The translations under genes and the position numbers were made by a program. Below, piece after piece: positions 58,758 through 64,000 of a DNA stretch of 64,000 nucleotides (the stretch's first letter is position 1; each line of letters opens with the position of its first letter). A model generated the notes under the pieces. The model was not told where the DNA came from. It ran no database searches and saw only the letters and a list, made by a program, of their open reading frames with translations. This stretch comes from Actinomycetales bacterium (lineage in GTDB: Bacteria; Actinomycetota; Actinomycetes; Actinomycetales; CAWJMD01): contig JBKECN010000077.1 of the NCBI GenBank assembly GCA_047974565.1, forward strand, positions 9,723-73,722, written 5' to 3'.

Positions 58758-59764
58758 CCGAAGGTCCTCGTGCCCGCCGGGACGGTCCGTGCGCCAGCCG
58801 AGATGGCGGACGCGCGCTTCGACCCGTCCTCATTGAATCCCGGCGGCATCGGAAACACCGTCTCGTCGTCCCCGTTCTTGCCCAGCAGTCCCTGGAACGC
58901 CAGCGCGGCTTTACCCTCGTCCTCCTCGTCGAGCGCTTCGCGTGCGGCTTCCGCAGCGTCAGCGAAACGTGCCTTCGCTGCATCCAGCTCATCATCTGTT
59001 GCACGAATGCTGATGGTGTGCCCCGGCAGGGTGGGGTCGTTCACTCCGATGCCGAAGGTAACGTAGTCGTTGACGATCTTGCTGACCTCTTCGAGCGCAG
59101 AGGCGTAATACTCTGCGTGATCGTTGCCCGAGACCAAGCCGGAGGCGAAGGCTTGGTACGTCGCGACTTCGATGAAGAACCCGCCAGGCTTCTTGCCGGC
59201 GCCGAGTATCGAGCGTCGGGTCTGACGGAGCAGCTTCACCGTGGGAACGTAGTAGCCGTCATGCGAGGCGTTCATTTCACTCGACAGCGACGTGAGCTTC
59301 TCCGGATTGGTACGCACCCACTCGTCCTCATCGCCCTTCTGAGGGATCTCCCACGTCTCACCATCCCAGTAAGGGCGGGCAGGCACCGCGTCGACATACA
59401 GGTCGTACTCGGGGAACGACACCTGCAGACTGCGATCCTGGCGCTTGGTTCGCCGGTGACCATCGTCATCACTCCCGAACTCCGCATGCAGGACGGTGAA
59501 GAATCGATCGAGGATGTCTTTCGACGTGACGTCGCTCGGTAGGTCCGGGAGCCGCACGAACACGTCAACGTCTTTGACTCGCTTGATCGACACGTTCCTC
59601 TTGTACGAGCCGATCAGCACCGGGTCCACTCCGTACTCGGCGAGCTTCGTGTCGGCTTCGAGTGCATCCCGCACCAGCCGGTGTGCCTCTGGCGCGTTGG
59701 CCTTGTCATCGCCGGGCTCGATGGAGCTCAGCGCATCCTTGAACTGCTGCTTGAGGTGAGCCAT
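58754..59764 (-). CDS. cGAS/DncV-like nucleotidyltransferase (CD-NTase)
   Basis: 336 aa with the Pol-beta NTase signature IGSYKRNVSIKRVKDVDVFV (GS...DxD) and a third acidic residue in YVDAVPA. The C-terminus ends ...TRTFG. GGAGGG lies 4 nt upstream of the ATG. Confidence 0.8.
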   Translation of the reverse strand: MAHLKQQFKDALSSIEPGDDKANAPEAHRLVRDALEADTKLAEYGVDPVLIGSYKRNVSIKRVKDVDVFVRLPDLPSDVTSKDILDRFFTVLHAEFGSDDDGHRRTKRQDRSLQVSFPEYDLYVDAVPARPYWDGETWEIPQKGDEDEWVRTNPEKLTSLSSEMNASHDGYYVPTVKLLRQTRRSILGAGKKPGGFFIEVATYQAFASGLVSGNDHAEYYASALEEVSKIVNDYVTFGIGVNDPTLPGHTISIRATDDELDAAKARFADAAEAAREALDEEDEGKAALAFQGLLGKNGDDETVFPMPPGFNEDGSKRASAISAGARTVPAGTRTFG

Positions 59765-59856
59765 CGGGCCCTCCGATCTTGTTGTGACTGTCTTGGACTT
59801 CTCTGAGCCTGCCCCATGTCACCGACACTTCGGCGAGCATGAATGGCAGGGGCGTA

Positions 59857-59973
59857 CTACTTCTTGCCGCGCTTGCCGGTGCTCTCGTTGGTCGTGGTCT
59901 TCGGGTGACGCTTCACCGTGGACTGCTTCACGAACCGACCCGTGACCGCGCTGCGCCCTCGCTTGCTTGCCAT
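59857..59973 (-). CDS. Small basic protein (38 aa) at the head of the CBASS transcription unit
   Basis: ATG 59973 is preceded by a purine-rich stretch, AGGGGGTGAGGAGT. The sequence is MASKRGRSAVTGRFVKQSTVKRHPKTTTNESTGKRGKK. It lies 92 nt upstream of the CD-NTase on the same strand. Confidence 0.45.
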   Translation of the reverse strand: MASKRGRSAVTGRFVKQSTVKRHPKTTTNESTGKRGKK

Positions 59974-60158
59974 ACTCCTCACCCCCTCTACCTCACACTC
60001 GGTGTCCTGGCCCCGGATTGGAGCCTGTCGCGACTGTATCAGCAAAGCGTCAGCGCCATGCAGGAGACACGCCATGTCGTGTCAGCAACGAGTCAGCGCG
60101 CTACGCTTACGCTCATGGAACGGAGACGCGCCGAGGTGGCTAACGCAACGAGGACAGC

Positions 60159-60659
60159 ATGACAGGGACCTCCGACACTTCACCGGGTGTGGAACGGCTC
60201 GACGTAACGCAACTTGGCGCGATGCTCCGCGAGCGCCGTGGGAAGCTGTCGCTTCGTCAAGCCGCTGCCGAAGCTGGCGTTAGCTTCAGCACCTTCACCC
60301 GCATCGAGGCGGGTGCTCAGCCTGACCTGACCTCATTCACGCTCTTGTGCGCTTGGCTCGGTGTCTCGCCCGGGCAGTTCTTCATGCCGACGGCGTTGCG
60401 GGAGATGGCGCCGATCGATGAAGCGATCGCGCACCTTGCTTCCGATCCGCGCCTTGAGCCCGATGCTGCATCCAAGATCGCAGAGATGCTGCGCAGCATG
60501 TATGACGCGCTAGCCAAGGCACCGGCTCGGCGCCAAGTGGTTGCTTGCCACCTTCGGGCTGCTTCGATGCTTCGCCCCGGGGTGCCCGAGCGTCTCAACT
60601 CGCTCTTGGGGGACATGCACGACAAGTTGGCGGCACGCGTTGCCGCCGGGGAACTGTGA
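60159..60659 (+). CDS. XRE-family HTH regulator (CapH-like or ImmR-like)
   Basis: 166 aa with the HTH LGAMLRERRGKLSLRQAAAEAGVSFSTFTRIEAG and a C-terminal helical domain. It is divergent from the CBASS operon. GTGA overlap with the next gene. Confidence 0.8.
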   Translation: MTGTSDTSPGVERLDVTQLGAMLRERRGKLSLRQAAAEAGVSFSTFTRIEAGAQPDLTSFTLLCAWLGVSPGQFFMPTALREMAPIDEAIAHLASDPRLEPDAASKIAEMLRSMYDALAKAPARRQVVACHLRAASMLRPGVPERLNSLLGDMHDKLAARVAAGEL

Positions 60660-61207
60660 CGCTACGGCGCGGGTTCAAGGCAGAAGCCGAGCGCGAGGCG
60701 GCGAGAGTTCGGAAGGAACTCGGTCTTGCCTCGCACGATCGCCTTGACCCGCGCGACCTCGCCAAACACCTAAAGGTATCGGTCGTCAACGCCGGTGACT
60801 TGGTAGATATCCGCGACCTCGAAGAGCTGGAGCGACTGCAAGCCTTCGCCTTTTCCGCTGCCACCTTCGAGATCGATGATCGTCGGATCATTGTCGTAAG
60901 CCCTCTCCGGACACCAGGTCGACAGAACAGCGATATCGCGCACGAACTGGCCCACATCATGTTGAAGCACGACCTCGCTGAAATCCGCGAACTCAACGGG
61001 ATGCCCTTCCGAACCTGCAAGCCGGACGAGGAGGAGGAGGCTACGGCCTTCGGGGGCACGCTTCTTCTCCCGCGCCCACTCCTTCTCAGCGCAGCGCGCC
61101 GACGAACCCCTGTCGACCAGATCGCCGGCCAGTACGACGTCACCGTCGAGATGGCACGGTTCCGTTACAACACCACGGGTGTCGCCAAGCAGGTTGTGTC
61201 TCGATAG
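60656..61207 (+). CDS. ImmA/IrrE-family zinc metallopeptidase (CapP-like or ImmA-like)
   Basis: GTG 60656. The HExxH motif is IAHELAHIML, with a downstream EEEATAFGGTLLLP typical of the ImmA/IrrE family. Confidence 0.8.
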   Translation: MTLRRGFKAEAEREAARVRKELGLASHDRLDPRDLAKHLKVSVVNAGDLVDIRDLEELERLQAFAFSAATFEIDDRRIIVVSPLRTPGRQNSDIAHELAHIMLKHDLAEIRELNGMPFRTCKPDEEEEATAFGGTLLLPRPLLLSAARRRTPVDQIAGQYDVTVEMARFRYNTTGVAKQVVSR

Positions 61208-62199
61208 CTGGGCCGAGAGCGATCCGTGGCCGTTGACTGCCGCAGTGCAGCTTGGCGACCGAATGCGCTCGTATCGTCGGGATCGTTTCTGTGCGCGACC
61301 AAGGACTGGACATCCCCTGCGTCGGTGACCAGCCTCGCGAGACCACTCTGTACGAGGTGGTGTGGGCCGACACTCGTCGCGCTCGCGACGGGGCCAGGGA
61401 CGGCGCCGACTGCGCGGCCGAGTTGACTTGCGTTGTGTGCGACCTTCATCGATCCCGACCGCGCGCCTGCCTCAACCACGACAGTTGCTGCGGATAGCGC
61501 TGCCATCAACCGCGCACGGGCCAGGAACCGATGGCGGGTCGGTGTTGCACCTGGTGCCACTTCGCTGACCAGAAGACCGACATCGGCGACACGACCGAGC
61601 AGTTCGCTGTGGCCCGCTGGATACGGGCGATCAACTCCGTTCGCCAGGACTGCGATGGTGTCGCCACCGATCGCGAGCGCCGCGCGATGGGCAGCGCCTT
61701 CAATGCCGTAGGCACCGCCTGCGACGACGATCCGCTCGGCGGCAGCCAGATCGGAGGCGAGCGTCCCGGCAACGTGCTCGCCGTAGGAGGTTGCGGCTCG
61801 CGCGCCGGTGACGGTCACGAGGTCGGCGAGCGGGCGTGCGAGGAACGACGAGGCTCCGCGAGTCCACAGCACGTAGGGAGCCCGCTCACCAAGATCGCTG
61901 AGCGAGCCGGGCCACCCGTCGTCGCCGGGGATCAGGACGCCGAGCCCGGATCGTCGTGCTTGGAGGAGACGCTCGTCAAGTGAGTCAATGCCCGGAGTGG
62001 AGAAGCGTCCGCGCCAGACTCGGGCGTCAACGTCGCCGAGGCCAGGTACAGGGCTGTCGGACTCAGCCAGCCGCAGAGTTTCGACGCCGCCGACCGTGGC
62101 GAGCAGGTGACCCGTCACTGCGTCGTCCGGTTCAACGAGCATCGACAGCACCATTCGCGCGGTGCGCTCATCTCCTGCAATCTCACTCAAGCTCGGCAT
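61165..62199 (-). CDS. dprA: DNA-processing protein DprA/Smf
   Basis: ORF trimmed to ATG 62199. The sequence GARAATSYGEHVAGTLASDLAAAERIVVAGGAYGIEGAAHRAAL...VLANGVDRPYPAGHSELL...VVEAGARSGSMKVAH...AVPGPV is DprA Rossmann-domain-like. Its 3' end overlaps the ImmA-like gene by 43 nt (convergent). Confidence 0.8.
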   Translation of the reverse strand: MPSLSEIAGDERTARMVLSMLVEPDDAVTGHLLATVGGVETLRLAESDSPVPGLGDVDARVWRGRFSTPGIDSLDERLLQARRSGLGVLIPGDDGWPGSLSDLGERAPYVLWTRGASSFLARPLADLVTVTGARAATSYGEHVAGTLASDLAAAERIVVAGGAYGIEGAAHRAALAIGGDTIAVLANGVDRPYPAGHSELLGRVADVGLLVSEVAPGATPTRHRFLARARLMAALSAATVVVEAGARSGSMKVAHNASQLGRAVGAVPGPVASATSVGPHHLVQSGLARLVTDAGDVQSLVAHRNDPDDTSAFGRQAALRQSTATDRSRPSYRDTTCLATPVVL

Positions 62200-62392
62200 G
62201 GTCGTGTTCCTCTCGGGCTCCTGCCTGAGAGGTGCGCAGAGAGCAGCCAGGTCTTCCGTGCGAGCCAAGCCCGGCGTAGAGTGGAAGACGAGGCAGGTTC
62301 TCCTCATATTGCGGGTCCTCCGGGACGGCCCTCGGGCGCTCATACACGTTCTGCCTCCTCGACGGAGAAACACGTGTGTTGAGAGGGCTGCC

Positions 62393-62758
62393 ATGTTCCG
62401 CTTCATCTGGACGCTCAGCGTCCGTACCCGCGACTTCCTCCACCGCTACATGCCGAGTAACCGGCTGCTCGCTGCCATCCGCACGCGGCGCGGTCTCAAG
62501 TGGGGGCTCCCCGCGATGCTCGTCGCCGCCCCGTACGTCCTTGTCGCAACCATCTGCTCCAGCCTCGTCGCCGACGGCGGCCCCGGCTGGCTTCACCTGG
62601 TCGTGCTGTGGGGGTGCTGGAACGCCTTAAAGTTCATCCTCATGGGGCCGGTCAGCGTCGTGCTGCTCGTCCGTGTGCGTATCCGTGAGGCGTTGATCCG
62701 TCGCGACCAGCGGCGCGAGGCGCGTGCCGAAGAGCGTGAACCGCTCGTGCTCGCGTAG
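62393..62758 (+). CDS. Small membrane protein (2 predicted TM helices)
   Basis: ATG 62393. The sequence is MFRFIWTLSVRTRDFLHRYMPSNRLLAAIRTRRGLKWGLPAMLVAAPYVLVATI...LVVLWGCWNALKFILMGPVSVVLLV. No function recognised. Confidence 0.5.
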   Translation: MFRFIWTLSVRTRDFLHRYMPSNRLLAAIRTRRGLKWGLPAMLVAAPYVLVATICSSLVADGGPGWLHLVVLWGCWNALKFILMGPVSVVLLVRVRIREALIRRDQRREARAEEREPLVLA

Positions 62759-62783
62759 GCCCTCGCCCAGGGAACATCGCGGG

Positions 62784-63030
62784 TCAGGAGGCAGTGGCCA
62801 TCCGGCTGCGTCGTCCACCGCCCTCGCGAATCGGAACGCCATGCTCGGTCAGCGCACGGCGAACTGCCTGAGGCCCCGCACCGACCTTCAAGCCGACCTC
62901 TACCAGCGTCAACCCGCTGTCGTAGAGGTCGGCTGCTTCGTGAATGCGGGAAGGGTCGAATCGTCCGCGGCGGATCGGGACCTTCCGCCGCGTCAGATGC
63001 TCCGCGACCGTCCGACGGTGGATGCCGAAC
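62784..63030 (-). pseudogene. HTH-domain gene fragment without an in-frame start (resolvase/Tn-associated double-HTH type)
   Basis: The minus frame reads ...GRLAFGIHRRTVAEHLTRRKVPIRRGRFDPSRIHEAADLYDSGLTLVEVGLKVGAGPQAVRRALTEHGVPIREGG-stop (TGA 62786-62784). An in-frame stop lies just upstream. The likely N-terminus (RDAAAVVADLGTIPPG) is in another frame, across a G6/C6 homopolymer at 63041-63046. Confidence 0.4.
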
Positions 63031-63284
63031 GCTAATCTCCCGGGGGGATCGTGCCGAGGTCAGCGACGACCGCTGCCGCGTCGCGACATGTTCATGTCTG
63101 GCATCGTCGAGTCTTCTTGCGGCGTGTGTGCCAACGCTGCAACGGCTGGCAGGAGACTCACGCCGCCTCCAGTTGCCTCGGCCATGCCGAGTGTCGATTG
63201 AGGGTAGAACGGATCCAACCCAGGATGCTTCAGTAGCGTATGTATCTACTAGCTCGTTCTCGCCAACTCGGATGGAGGTTAGCC

Positions 63285-64000
63285 GTGACTAGAACTCCCG
63301 TTCTCGTCTGGGGTTCGTGCTGGTTCGACGAGGAACCAGCCGTTCTTGTCAAGACCGCACGGGCCATTGAGCATGCGATCAGCGTGCTAGACATGCGAGT
63401 AATCTCGGTGGTGTTCGACGCCCGGCACGACCGTTTATCCGAAGCGCGGCAGGTCTTGGTGTCGAACGGGATCGACGTCCTCTCGCACGATGTGGCGGCG
63501 TATCCCAACAAGAACCTCGGGGTGGCGATGATCACCGCGTTTGCCGGAGAGCGGGAGGCGGATGTCGTTGCAGTGGTCGACCCTGACTGGGCGCTCGATG
63601 ATGTCGACCAGTTCGTGTTGGACTCTTGGGCCCCTTGCGCCGTGCTGAAGCAGCAGGCGTCCTGCCTGACATCAGCCCGTGGGCAGGCCGTGCGAACCGG
63701 CTTGTCGGTGAGCCTGCGATGCGGCTTTTCCGTCCTGGGATGTGGGATGTGGTGAAGACGCCGTTTCCCGGCGCCGTCGCAGCAAGCTTATCTGTGCTCG
63801 CCAACGCAACCACCTCCGACGGGTACCGATACGACTGGGGCGGCGAGTGGACCATAGCCGACACTCTCTGGACCACAGGGAGTGTCCGGTGCCCCCCGCT
63901 CGGGATGGTTAATGTACGCCATCGACCCACATCGTCAAAGGCGGGCGATGCGTTCCAAATCTGGCGCGCAGTCCTTGCTGGAGCAAAGCGAGATGTACTA
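63285..64000 (+). pseudogene. Glycosyltransferase-like gene (tentative), apparently frameshifted; continues past the window end
   Basis: GTG 63285 follows GGAGG. The sequence VTRTPVLVWGSCWFDEEP...VVAVVDPDWALDDVDQFVLD then runs to a stop at 63755. Another frame, open from about 63600 to the window end, reads ...LGPLRRAEAAGVLPDISPWAGRANRLVGEPAMRLFRPGMWDVVKTPFPG... Confidence 0.4.

Larger units (their letters stand above)
40687..64000. mobile_element. Degenerate integrative conjugative element (actinobacterial T4SS type) inserted at the 3' end of tRNA-Ala; right boundary not identified within the window
   Basis: Directly after the tRNA come a recombinase, SSB, a T4 coupling protein, a VirB4-like ATPase, SCO6880-like and TrbL-like genes, a MobF relaxase and defence cargo. 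Many transfer genes are frameshifted or truncated. Confidence 0.7.

Noticed and set aside
60049-60099. Direct repeats GTCAGCGC (60049, 60092) and GTCAGCAA (60081) in the CBASS / XRE divergent region as the repressor operator.
   Set aside because: There are only two exact 8-mers and no clear dyad symmetry. This is insufficient without binding data or conservation.

Overview
High-GC actinobacterial chromosome window with two very different halves. All protein, domain and family calls were made by eye from the supplied ORF translations and the DNA. No database search, HMM or folding program was run, so family names are recognitions, not search results.

**Core region (1-40.6 kb).**
- An atypical complex I locus, all on the minus strand. 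nuoA-B-C (13.4-15.2 kb) and nuoH-I-J-K-L-M-N (1-9.0 kb) are both present, but no nuoD, E, F or G is visible.
- The two nuo blocks are separated by an opposite-strand operon encoding a solute-binding lipoprotein and a HAMP-GGDEF-EAL protein.
- NuoL carries an in-frame low-complexity insert of about 500 aa. Several other Nuo subunits have repeat-encoded extensions.
- Next comes a ClgR/PopR-like XRE regulator, then a 3-copy intergenic repeat, then a clpP paralogue pair in which one member has Gly in place of the catalytic His.
- Housekeeping and accessory genes follow: benE, two SDRs, tetR, an ABC-F ATPase, a P450, ispE, rsmA, metG, tatD, a DEAD-box helicase, lysE, ppk2, a GGDEF cyclase, rsmI and pmt. 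The region ends with tRNA-Ala(CGC).

**Accessory region (40.7 kb to window end).**
- A degenerate actinobacterial T4SS-type integrative conjugative element abuts the tRNA-Ala 3' end.
- Its serine recombinase, VirB4-like ATPase, SCO6880-like gene, TrbL/VirB6-like gene, a small TM gene and the MobF relaxase all carry frameshifts or truncation.
- The lower-GC cargo is intact. It includes a HEPN-motif gene next to tRNA-like fragments.
- It also includes a type II CBASS-like operon: CD-NTase, Cap2 (E2/E1), and a single ORF fusing a Cap3-like JAB domain to TIR and SAVED domains.
- That operon is flanked by a divergent XRE + ImmA/IrrE-type protease pair and a DprA gene.
- I consider the JAB-TIR-SAVED CBASS variant embedded in a decayed ICE the most interesting signal in the window.

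No rRNA genes, CRISPR arrays or IS transposases were recognised.
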